Source: Candidatus Aenigmatarchaeota archaeon (lineage in GTDB: Archaea > Aenigmatarchaeota > Aenigmatarchaeia > CG10238-14). From it: a DNA stretch of 64,000 nucleotides. The stretch is from contig JAGVVZ010000002.1 of NCBI GenBank assembly GCA_018304545.1, forward strand, positions 99,740 through 163,739, given 5' to 3'. Under the pieces are notes generated by a model. It searched no databases. It was not told where the DNA came from and saw only the letters and a list, made by a program, of their open reading frames with translations. Position 1 is the stretch's first letter. Each line of letters begins with the position of its first letter. Below are positions 18,951-27,470 of this stretch, piece by piece. A program made the translations under genes and the position numbers.

Positions 18951-19943
18951 AATAAATATAGTCACACAAAACATTAATTCCAATAATATTAACGCTAAAC
19001 TAACTTGTTTTTCGTTCAATCGCCCCAAATTCATTATAACATGCGTCCATGAATATATTTTCTTGCCATAAGGTGGTTCTAAACTATTATCTTTTTTTAG
19101 TTTACCTAAGCACTGCGCACTAAACTTAGATCTAAATTTAAGGAAAAATTCTAAAATGAAAGGGATCATAACTATCATTCCGGCTTTTTCCATGTTTCCT
19201 ATTATTACTCCGGATGCGACAACAGATCCTAAACCATAAGTAAGGCTGTCTCCTGGTAAAATTTTAGCTGGAATCCAATTATATTTAAGAAATGCTAAAA
19301 GCGCACCTGCAGTTGAAATAAATATAACAGCCGAAACTGTTTCACCGTGTTTCAATGCAAATAGGCCTAATGATATAGTATAAACCAAGCCCATTCCTGC
19401 TTCAGAACCATTAAAGCCACCCAACATATTAACAGAGTTAGCAACAAAAACAACACCTAACGGGACTAATATTAACGGGTATATTATACCAAAATTTACA
19501 GACCCTATTAATGGCAGAGTTAGTGAACTATAGCCGGCTTTTATTACCATTAATGGGATGGCTGCAAAAAGTGTCAATAGTGGTTTTTGCCATTGTTTTA
19601 AACCTTTCCTTATTTTGTCTTTACCTTTTAGTATATTGCTGGAGTTAAGATCATCAAAAAATCCTATTATAGAGATTAATAATATTGTTAATGCGGCAGC
19701 AAAAAGGTCCAAAAGTTTTGTTTGATCGTTTAAAAAAAATGTTTTGGAACCTATAAAGAACATTAAACCTACTATCAAAGACAAGACAACGGGTATACCA
19801 CCACTATTAGCTAAAAGTGGTTTATTTTTTTTATGTAAGTCAAATGCAACTATGTTATTATTTTGGAAATACACTATCAGATACTTTGTTAATATAAAAC
19901 AAACGACAAACGACAAAAGGAACGTGACAAGAAGTATAAACAT
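18942..19943 (-). CDS. aglH: UDP-GlcNAc:dolichyl-phosphate GlcNAc-1-phosphate transferase (AglH/Alg7/MraY family)
   Basis: 333 aa, polytopic. GFFDDLNS (DD motif) and NMLGGFNGSEAG (the N-x-x-D/G-G-x-N-G-L/S-E-x-G motif of the archaeal family). Confidence 0.8.
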   Translation of the reverse strand: MFILLVTFLLSFVVCFILTKYLIVYFQNNNIVAFDLHKKNKPLLANSGGIPVVLSLIVGLMFFIGSKTFFLNDQTKLLDLFAAALTILLISIIGFFDDLNSSNILKGKDKIRKGLKQWQKPLLTLFAAIPLMVIKAGYSSLTLPLIGSVNFGIIYPLILVPLGVVFVANSVNMLGGFNGSEAGMGLVYTISLGLFALKHGETVSAVIFISTAGALLAFLKYNWIPAKILPGDSLTYGLGSVVASGVIIGNMEKAGMIVMIPFILEFFLKFRSKFSAQCLGKLKKDNSLEPPYGKKIYSWTHVIMNLGRLNEKQVSLALILLELMFCVTIFILF

Positions 19944-19974
19944 ATTACCATTTAATATATGAAAATTGATTTAT

Positions 19975-20298
19975 TTATTCACTTTTTAATTTCATTATTG
20001 CTTCTACAACGTCGCCTTTTGTCTCTTCTAGTGTCTTTTTTACTCTGATCTCATCTCTAACCCCTGTCTGCTCCATAACTAAATTTATGTCGTCTTGGGA
20101 AAATTGTGGCGCACCATCTCCTGAAATTTGATATACAATTTGGCCTTTCATCGAAGTTTTCACTACTTGGGGATTATTTATTACTATGTCACCGTTTTCT
20201 GTTTTTATTATTACCTGTGATGAACTCACGTTTTCCATCGTCATTCCTAATTGTTTTAATGTTTGTTCCAATTTTTTTGGATCAATTCCTGGCATCAT
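19975..20298 (-). CDS. nac: Nascent polypeptide-associated complex protein (NAC + UBA domains)
   Basis: 107 aa. MMPGIDPKKLEQTLKQLGM..., a NAC beta-barrel region, and a C-terminal UBA-like VKKTLEETKGDVVEAIMKL. Confidence 0.85.
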   Translation of the reverse strand: MMPGIDPKKLEQTLKQLGMTMENVSSSQVIIKTENGDIVINNPQVVKTSMKGQIVYQISGDGAPQFSQDDINLVMEQTGVRDEIRVKKTLEETKGDVVEAIMKLKSE

Positions 20299-20418
20299 GA
20301 GAACAAATTGGAAAAGAAAGTTTATAAACTTAAACCATTTTGTTTGCTTCTTGTAAGTGAAAATACTTTCGAGAAAGATTTTTATTCAGGAAATAAATAT
20401 ATTATGATAGGTGAAGTA

Positions 20419-20766
20419 ATGGCGAAAGAACCTAGATATGGAGAATGGGCTTTCCTCGCTGGTGTATTATTAGCAGTTGTTCTAGGATTAGTAGAAGGTG
20501 CTGGATATTCCTTACCAGGCTACGTATTAACAGTAGTAGTGCTGTTGGGTTTAGTTGTTGGGTTAATGAATATAACAGCTAAAGAAGCTAGTCCGTTCTT
20601 ATTAGCTACGTTGGTATTAATGGCTACTAGTTCTGCAGGTTTAGAGAAATTGCCGTACATAGGCAACTATTTAGAACCTGTATTAGCATACGTGGCTATA
20701 TTCGTAGCACCAGCAGCTTTGGTTGTGGCCCTGAAAGCAGTTAAAGAAATGGCTGCATCAAAATAG
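20419..20766 (+). CDS. Small integral membrane protein (3-4 TM), unknown function
   Basis: Start moved to ATG 20419, preceded by aGGTGAagta (SD-like). MAKEPRYGEWAFLAGVLLAVVLGLVEG... The upstream part of the track ORF overlaps the nac gene and looks non-coding. Confidence 0.5.
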   Translation: MAKEPRYGEWAFLAGVLLAVVLGLVEGAGYSLPGYVLTVVVLLGLVVGLMNITAKEASPFLLATLVLMATSSAGLEKLPYIGNYLEPVLAYVAIFVAPAALVVALKAVKEMAASK

Positions 20767-20808
20767 AGCTTTGGTTTTTTATTTTGTTTTAATATTATTT
20801 TAATTAAA

Positions 20809-22041
20809 ATGTTAGACATATTATTATTCTCTCTTTTAGGAATATTTGTTGGTATAGCAGTTGGTTTATTGCCGGGAATTCACCCGAACCAAATATACAT
20901 AATACTTGTTTCTATTTTGCCTCTTCTTAGTTTTTTATCTGAATGGGACTTGATCGCCTTTGTTTTATCTATATCCATTTCTAACGTAATATCAAACTAT
21001 ATACCAACTATATTCTTCTCTATACCAGATTCTAACACTGCTATCAATGTTTTACCAGGACATAAAATGGTATTAGAGGGCAGGGGGTTAGAAGCTTTGT
21101 ATATAAGTCTTATATCTGGAATTCTGACGTTATTAATTTCAACTCTTTTATTGCCAATTTTCCTCATTCTGATTCCCTTCTTATACGATAATCTACACAA
21201 TTATATTCATTTTTTATTGATTGGTTTGTTTTTAATTATGGCTTTTTTTGAAAAAGGAAATAAAAAATATTTTTTTATTTTAGTTTTCATTATTTCTGGT
21301 ATTTGGGGTATTATAACCTTGAACTCCCCTCTTATAAAATCTGAAAATGTTTTATTTCCCTCTCTAACGGGTATGTTCGGCTTAGCTGGTCTGTTAATAG
21401 AAAGGGGTGGCTTGAAAAAACTACCAACACAGAGGCAAATAATAGATAATATAAATAATGAAGGTTTTGTTAAGACCGTATCATCGGGTATAATAGCTGG
21501 TCTTTTGGTCGGTATATTACCAGGTGCGGGAGAAAGCCAAGCCGGCGTCCTAGTATCCCATACGATAAAATTATCAGATAAAGAGTTTTTAGGCACGTTA
21601 TCTGGTATAAATATGTCGAATTTACTGTTTTCAATTGTGTCTCTTTCTAGTTTAGAAAAAATAAGAAGCGGTACAGCACTAGCAATAAATGAAATTGTTT
21701 ATAACTTTAATACGGAATATCTGTTATTTTCCGTTGGAATACTAATATTTTCCGGGTCTTTATCTGTTATTTTTACTTGGTTTTTAGGAAAAAAGACGCT
21801 TCTTTTATTAAGTAAAATAAACTACGATCTAGTATCAAAAATTATAATATTATTCACGTGCACGTTAGTGTTGTTATTTACGGGTTTTTGGGGTTTTTTT
21901 ATCCTGATAATATCTATATTCATCGGTTTGTTGCCAATCTTATTTAAAATTAAAAGAACGAGTTGTATGGGATATCTGATGTTGTCAACAATAATTTATT
22001 TTTCTGGTTTAAGTAACGTGATTGGTTTTCTATTTTTATGA
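20809..22041 (+). CDS. TctA-family (DUF112) membrane transporter subunit
   Basis: 410 aa, polytopic. Repeated GLLPGIHPNQ / GILPGAGESQAG motifs typical of the TctA large subunit. Confidence 0.7.
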   Translation: MLDILLFSLLGIFVGIAVGLLPGIHPNQIYIILVSILPLLSFLSEWDLIAFVLSISISNVISNYIPTIFFSIPDSNTAINVLPGHKMVLEGRGLEALYISLISGILTLLISTLLLPIFLILIPFLYDNLHNYIHFLLIGLFLIMAFFEKGNKKYFFILVFIISGIWGIITLNSPLIKSENVLFPSLTGMFGLAGLLIERGGLKKLPTQRQIIDNINNEGFVKTVSSGIIAGLLVGILPGAGESQAGVLVSHTIKLSDKEFLGTLSGINMSNLLFSIVSLSSLEKIRSGTALAINEIVYNFNTEYLLFSVGILIFSGSLSVIFTWFLGKKTLLLLSKINYDLVSKIIILFTCTLVLLFTGFWGFFILIISIFIGLLPILFKIKRTSCMGYLMLSTIIYFSGLSNVIGFLFL

Positions 22042-22066
22042 AATTTTTATGTGACCACAAGTGTTT

Positions 22067-22101
22067 TGTGCTACCCCTTTGTTTCCTATGGAAAAATATT
22101 G
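22067..22101. repeat. ORB-like box, copy 1 (35-nt unit; core 22074..22093)
   Basis: tgtgctacccctttgtttcctatggaaaaatattg contains the TTTCC-TAT-GGAAA dyad and a C-run. 16/20 match to the reverse complement of the oriC box at 27471..27490. Confidence 0.6.
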
Positions 22102-22127
22102 TTTTTGCACGAATAATTCGCGGGTGT

Positions 22128-22162
22128 TGTGCTACCCCTTTGTTTCCTATGGAAAAATATTG
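22128..22162. repeat. ORB-like box, copy 2 (identical 35-nt unit, 61 nt downstream of copy 1)
   Basis: 35/35 identity with 22067..22101. Lies in the 143-nt gap between the convergent TctA and PolB genes. Confidence 0.6.
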
Positions 22163-22184
22163 CATGTTACTATTCATACCCATT

Positions 22185-24905
22185 TTAATATGGAATTTCG
22201 GAAGAAATGTAAATTTTTGACCTTTTTTCACCATCATAAAATAGTAAATCGCCATTACAAAAGTTACATTTTGCGGAAAGTGGTATTCTCCTAAAAATAT
22301 TATTACAATTTTCACAAATTACACCTTCTATATTTGTAAGAAATTTTTCATAACCGTTCTCTGCTGTTGTTTCATGCTTCATAGCATCAAAAATCCCCAT
22401 TTGTTTACCAATACCCATTAATTCAGATTTGTTAACATTAAGTGCTTCAAATACTCTTTCTAGAGGTGGTAATAATTGACTTTCTATATAATATTTAGAA
22501 TCGACTTTTATTCCGTGCTTCTTTGCATACTCGGGATCTTCGGCTCTTTTAGAAACCATACCAACTCCCTGAACTATTATGAAACCTATTCTATCTCCAA
22601 TACCAGGAACTGCTGTTGCGTCTCTTTTTTTCATTTTTCTAACCAATTCCACATGTGGTTGAACACCTTTATACGTTTTAAGGGATTTAGAAATGCTTTT
22701 AGTTATAACCAGCTTACTAATGTCCATTTTACCTGTTTTTATTTGTTCTATTTTATCTCTAACAAGTTTTAATGCCTTATTTATGTTTTGTTCCTTTAGA
22801 ACTACGTTAATAATTTCTTGGAGTGTTTCTGAAACTAAGTTACACCAGTCTCTTCTAACTGTTTCTATACCTTTAGTTACGATTGATTCTTCATATCCAG
22901 AAGACAGAGGTTCAAAATTCCAACCGGCATATCTTTTTTTGTTAAGAATTAAAAGTGTTTTGAATATACTCTCAATTTTTATTTTTAATATACCGTTTAA
23001 TTCATCATTCACAAGTTTGGATATTTCTTCACCTGTCTTAAATGCTTCACTTACTTCTTTAGTTTTAGTTTTGACCATGATAGAATCTGTATCCGCATAT
23101 ATTACTGTGTGGCCTGTTTTGGTTTCAACTATTAATTTTGTTTTACCTATCATTTCTCTACCAACGCCTGTTATTGTGTTGGCTATATCAATTACATACA
23201 ATCTGGCCCTTATGTACCCAGAATATCCATAAAAGGCATTAGCTATAGTTTTAAATGCGTATTGTTTAGCATAAAGATATCTTCTTCCTTCTTCTGATTT
23301 TTCGTTTTTCATTTCTTTTTTTAGTTTGTCTCTAGTAAAAATCAAATACTCGAGTATTTCTGGTATAACGCCCTTTCTGATTTTTGGCGAAACGAAAGAC
23401 GTTCCAAGACTTGTACTCATCTTATCAATATCAATATCTTTGATGAGTAGAGTTGTGGGGCATATATTAAATGACATCATAATACTGGGATACATGGATT
23501 TGAAATCCAAATAAACAACACATTTATCATGAAATCCTATTACTGGTTTTAACACAAATCCGCCTTTTAAACCGCCTTTTATTCTCTCTTCGTTCCTTTT
23601 GTATAATTGACTACTTTCCGGTTTACATGGTAAAACGAAATTCCTCTTATTGAATTCTTTCAAAAGTAAATTATCTATTCTAGCTGCTTCTCCACCATCC
23701 AGCACATCCTGCAAAACTAAGCCAGAAACTTTTGACATTTCAAAAAATTTATCAAGCATGTTTTTCTCAAATAGAATTCTTAACGGTAACTCTGCGTCTC
23801 TTCTACTATAATCAACCAATTTTTCAAATTTTTCACTATTGTCTGTCCAGAATTTTGATATTTCACTAGGTGAAACATCTATTTTACTCTCGCCCAAAAT
23901 TAATTTTGAAACGTCACCTAAACTAAATCTTTTTAATTCTCTATAAAGACCAAACTTTACAGTTGCTTCCTTAATCAAGTCGTATATATCTGCAACGACT
24001 CTGCCCGGAACAACTATTTTCTGTTTATTGGCGAATTTATCTATTCTAATAGGCTTCTGGGAACATCTACCCAAACTTCTACTTACATTATTTTTAATAA
24101 GTCTAGTATCTATAAAAGGCAGATCAAAATTTAAAATATTGTAACCCAAAATAATATCTGGATCAAAATTATCAATTATTTTTGTTAGTTCTACTAACAT
24201 GTCTTTCTCTGAGTCAAAATTCAATGTTCCGTCATATTTCTTAGTTCTCTTAGAAATTAAGACTAAACTGCTTTTCTCTTTATAAGTTGGATAGAAAACC
24301 AAACTTATCATAATAATAGCGTCTTTTTCTGGGTTTGGTAAACCACCTTCCGAGGAAACGGATTCTATATCAATGCTCAGATATTTAATTAAACTATTTT
24401 GATCTATATTTAATTCCTGAATAGAAGTCGCTTGAAATTTTTTTTCAGTTTTAGTTATATTTGTTCTTACGAATTCGCCTATGGCTCTATACCATTTCAT
24501 ACCGTATATATTAAAATCTGTCATAAATCTGTATTTGAATAAAATATCTGCTTCGAATATCTCTTTTACATTCACGTTTAATTTTAGATCTTCACGTATA
24601 TTTGGAACAATTGCTGGATTGTTTAATGTTATTTTAATCATATTTATTGGTTTATCATGAAACCCTATTGAAAGAGTTTTTTCCTTATTCTCTATTTTCA
24701 GTACAACATCTTTATGCTTTTTAGTAATATAATCTACAAGTTCTTTCTCTTTACCAAAATTTGGAAGTACATAAAAATAGGGAAGAAAATTATCAAAAAA
24801 TATAGTAACAGAAGAGTTATCTATAGCCCTACCAAAAATCCTTACTGTCGGCCTAGCGTTTGTCAGTACATAATCTACGTCCAATATTTGAAAGTCTAAT
24901 TCCAT
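22185..24905 (-). CDS. polB: Family B DNA polymerase with a C-terminal zinc-ribbon extension
   Basis: 906 aa. Exo I YLSIDIES, Exo II NILNFDLPF, Exo III YSRRDAEL. Pol A YLDFKSMYPS, Pol B KTIANAFYGY, Pol C IYADTDS. PIP-like KQMGIFDAM is followed by about 60 aa containing CENC-x12-CNFC (nt about 22257..22316). Confidence 0.95.
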   Translation of the reverse strand: MELDFQILDVDYVLTNARPTVRIFGRAIDNSSVTIFFDNFLPYFYVLPNFGKEKELVDYITKKHKDVVLKIENKEKTLSIGFHDKPINMIKITLNNPAIVPNIREDLKLNVNVKEIFEADILFKYRFMTDFNIYGMKWYRAIGEFVRTNITKTEKKFQATSIQELNIDQNSLIKYLSIDIESVSSEGGLPNPEKDAIIMISLVFYPTYKEKSSLVLISKRTKKYDGTLNFDSEKDMLVELTKIIDNFDPDIILGYNILNFDLPFIDTRLIKNNVSRSLGRCSQKPIRIDKFANKQKIVVPGRVVADIYDLIKEATVKFGLYRELKRFSLGDVSKLILGESKIDVSPSEISKFWTDNSEKFEKLVDYSRRDAELPLRILFEKNMLDKFFEMSKVSGLVLQDVLDGGEAARIDNLLLKEFNKRNFVLPCKPESSQLYKRNEERIKGGLKGGFVLKPVIGFHDKCVVYLDFKSMYPSIMMSFNICPTTLLIKDIDIDKMSTSLGTSFVSPKIRKGVIPEILEYLIFTRDKLKKEMKNEKSEEGRRYLYAKQYAFKTIANAFYGYSGYIRARLYVIDIANTITGVGREMIGKTKLIVETKTGHTVIYADTDSIMVKTKTKEVSEAFKTGEEISKLVNDELNGILKIKIESIFKTLLILNKKRYAGWNFEPLSSGYEESIVTKGIETVRRDWCNLVSETLQEIINVVLKEQNINKALKLVRDKIEQIKTGKMDISKLVITKSISKSLKTYKGVQPHVELVRKMKKRDATAVPGIGDRIGFIIVQGVGMVSKRAEDPEYAKKHGIKVDSKYYIESQLLPPLERVFEALNVNKSELMGIGKQMGIFDAMKHETTAENGYEKFLTNIEGVICENCNNIFRRIPLSAKCNFCNGDLLFYDGEKRSKIYISSEIPY

Positions 24906-24935
24906 AATATTAATATAACATATTGTTATTTAGGT

Positions 24936-25988
24936 TTACTCTATAAGAACGACTTCTCTTGATTTAAGATTCACATTATATATTTTATAATCGCTCACTG
25001 ATATTATACTCGTTCCTTTATAATTTTTGTAAATATGCGGCTCTATATTAGTAATCACAATATCTGGCAAGTCTGTCAAAACAAAGTCACTTTTGTCTGT
25101 ATTGAAAAGCTTGTTATTTTTAGGTAAAATGAATCTTCTTTTCAATAATTTCTCTATTTCATGTGAAGACAAATCAATCTGGTTTTTATCATAAAATATT
25201 TTTGGTAGAAATAAAATTTTTAAGTTATTAATGTTTATTAATGTTGGCTGATGAATTTCTTGTTGTACAAGTTTAGTCATAAGTTCATTATTCTTTATGC
25301 TTTCAAATAGTTCGTTTTTATCAAAATAAAAATAAAAATCAATTTTCATATTTTCTATCACTTCAAAGTTAACAAATCCATCAGGAAGGAATAACATATT
25401 AATATTTTTTTCTAATCGATTCACGTTTCTGTCTATTCTAACATCTGGATAATATATGTTTTCTAAATAAAATTTAGAATCTATACGTCTACATTTAAGT
25501 CCAAGTACATCATCTGAATCAATATCAATTATTTTATCTTTTAATTTAGACTCGAAATATATTTCAATTTCACCTGTCATATCCTCAACAAGCAATTGGT
25601 TTTGTAATTTGTCTCTTATTATACCTATTATAGAAAATTCGGTTGTTTTGGGATTTATTTTGTTGATGGAAATTAACCTTTCCAAATTGTTGTTTTCTTG
25701 TATTATCTTACTTATTTTTTCATATTTTATTACATAACTTTTGGCGAATTCGTCTATCTTTAGCTGTTTTTTGTCGAAAAAATATGTTTTTAAAATACTT
25801 ATTGTAAGTTTTTCGGATTTAATTTTTATTTTATTTATGTGATCTTGAGTTATTATAAATGGACGCGGATTTAATCTATTCATTTCCTCGATAATAAAAT
25901 GTGGTTCCGAAACAACCAAAGGCAAAGCATCTTTTGATATTTGAAATCCTTTCTCCAGAAATAGTTTAATTGTTTCCTTATCGTCCAT
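24936..25988 (-). CDS. PolD small-subunit (DP1)-like protein: N-terminal helical module + OB fold + shortened phosphoesterase-like domain lacking the metal-ligand motifs
   Basis: 350 aa. IKLFLEKGFQISKDALPLVV (DP1-type N-terminus). OB fold FSIIGIIRDK..LLVEDMTGEIEIYFE..DDVLGLKCRR..IYYPDV. DP1 landmarks LLKRRFILP and LPDIVITN are kept, but D-x-H, G-D-x-x-D, G-N-H-D and G-H-x-H are not recognisable. The start overlaps the cdc6 stop. Confidence 0.6.
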   Translation of the reverse strand: MDDKETIKLFLEKGFQISKDALPLVVSEPHFIIEEMNRLNPRPFIITQDHINKIKIKSEKLTISILKTYFFDKKQLKIDEFAKSYVIKYEKISKIIQENNNLERLISINKINPKTTEFSIIGIIRDKLQNQLLVEDMTGEIEIYFESKLKDKIIDIDSDDVLGLKCRRIDSKFYLENIYYPDVRIDRNVNRLEKNINMLFLPDGFVNFEVIENMKIDFYFYFDKNELFESIKNNELMTKLVQQEIHQPTLININNLKILFLPKIFYDKNQIDLSSHEIEKLLKRRFILPKNNKLFNTDKSDFVLTDLPDIVITNIEPHIYKNYKGTSIISVSDYKIYNVNLKSREVVLIE

Positions 25989-27196
25989 CAGATCACTAAA
26001 TCATGATCAAGTATATCTCTAATTTTTTCTTTCGCTGGCTGAGAAACACTTAATTTTATTTCACGAGTTCGACCATATCTACCTAAAGAAACTATTTTAG
26101 CGTTTATTATACCTGTCATATCTAATTCGGATATTAAATCTGATATTCTTCTTTGAGTTAGTGGATACAAACCAGTTTCCTTGCATTTATTTTCATAAAT
26201 TCCGTAAACATCTCCGGTTTGTATATCTTCTCTTTTTTGATCAACTAATTGAATAGTAGACCATAAAACAACTTTAGTTTGTTTAGGAAGAGATTTTACA
26301 GACTCAACTATTCTATCATAATCTATCTTATCCTGAGCTATATCGACATGTTTCTCTGTTATTTTTGGTTCGCTGTTTCTCTCAACTATTTCACCTGCAA
26401 CCCTGAGAAGATCTAATGCTCTTCTAGCATCACCATGCTCTTGAGCTGCAAGCGCCGCGCATTTTGGAATAACTTCCTCCGATAATATGTAATTATGAAA
26501 GCCAATTTCTGCCCTATGTTTTAATATGTCTTGTAGTTCCAGAGCGTTGTATGGTGGAAACAAAAGCTCTTCTTCACTTAAAGAGCTTTTCACACGAGGA
26601 TCTAAAATATCTATAAAGTGAAGATCGTTTGTTATACCCATAATAGCTACCTTTGCTTTTTTTAGTTCCTGGTTTATTCTCGTAAAATTATAAAGAAAGC
26701 TGTCGCCCATTTTTTCTACAAGAGTGTCTACCTCGTCTAAAATCACAATAACAACCCACTCTCTGGAATCAATTATATTAAAAAATGTTTGATACACCGT
26801 TTCTGTGGGTAAACCTGTTGCGGGAATATCTTCACCCAAAAGCCTAATCAGTTCCGCTACAAGTCTATATTCCGTATCTGCGACTTTTTTCATTTTACAA
26901 TTTATATAAAGCACTTTGACGAGATTGGTGCCTTGATGGGACATCTTTTCCAGTTCCTCGCCTATATATTTTGCGCACAGGGTTTTTCCTGTACCCGTCA
27001 ATCCGTAAATAAAAATATTTGACGGCCTGCCACCTTTCAAAGAGGGTGCAACAATAGAAGCTAACGTATTTATTTGTTCATTCCTGTGTGGTATTGTTTC
27101 TGGGGCAAAGTGTGATGTTAATGCGTCTCTATTCTTAAAAACGGGTGTTGATTTTGTGATAAATTCCTGGAAAATGGTTTGAATATTACGAGACAT
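25988..27196 (-). CDS. cdc6: Orc1/Cdc6 replication initiator
   Basis: 402 aa. Walker A GLTGTGKT, Walker B VVIVILDEVD, sensor region GDARRALDLLR, C-terminal winged helix. Confidence 0.95.
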   Translation of the reverse strand: MSRNIQTIFQEFITKSTPVFKNRDALTSHFAPETIPHRNEQINTLASIVAPSLKGGRPSNIFIYGLTGTGKTLCAKYIGEELEKMSHQGTNLVKVLYINCKMKKVADTEYRLVAELIRLLGEDIPATGLPTETVYQTFFNIIDSREWVVIVILDEVDTLVEKMGDSFLYNFTRINQELKKAKVAIMGITNDLHFIDILDPRVKSSLSEEELLFPPYNALELQDILKHRAEIGFHNYILSEEVIPKCAALAAQEHGDARRALDLLRVAGEIVERNSEPKITEKHVDIAQDKIDYDRIVESVKSLPKQTKVVLWSTIQLVDQKREDIQTGDVYGIYENKCKETGLYPLTQRRISDLISELDMTGIINAKIVSLGRYGRTREIKLSVSQPAKEKIRDILDHDLVI

Positions 27197-27257
27197 AATA
27201 CTTATTTTTCCTATTGAAATAAAGCTTTTTCTATTGGAAAATATATAAACACCCTCA

Positions 27258-27277
27258 CCCCCCTGTTTCCATTGTAG
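27258..27277. promoter_or_regulatory. Origin recognition box ORB-L (C-string + TGTTTCC core)
   Basis: cccccctgtttccattgtag. Its reverse complement ctacaatggaaacagggggg matches the archaeal ORB pattern GGAAAC...GGGG (G-string). Confidence 0.7.
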
Positions 27278-27470
27278 ACTTAATATATAACTATTTAGAG
27301 AATATAACAGTATTATAATTATTTAACTACTTTAAAATGATTAAATATTTAACACGAAATTTAACAAAAAGGGTTAACAAGATCAAAACACAGAACATAT
27401 ATCAATTTATATTAAATTATTTCCTCATGTCTCAACGAAAACATAAAACAATATAAAAATTATTTTTATA

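Noticed and set aside
20263-20418. 5' extension of the track ORF 20263..20766
   Set aside because: The extension overlaps the nac gene start region and a TATA-like element. An SD-like GGTGA precedes the internal ATG 20419, where the hydrophobic protein begins.
22067-22162. Possibility that the 61-nt-spaced repeats are a mini CRISPR array
   Set aside because: There are only two copies and no cas genes in the window. The repeat contains the same TGTTTCCTATG/C-run core as the oriC boxes beside cdc6, so an Orc1-binding function fits better.
22038-22294. Track ORFs 22038..22220 and 22061..22294 spanning the TctA/PolB gap
   Set aside because: They read through the two identical 35-nt ORB-like repeats, which produces the duplicated peptide ATPLFPMEKYC, and then run into the antisense of polB. 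This is better explained as a non-coding repeat region.
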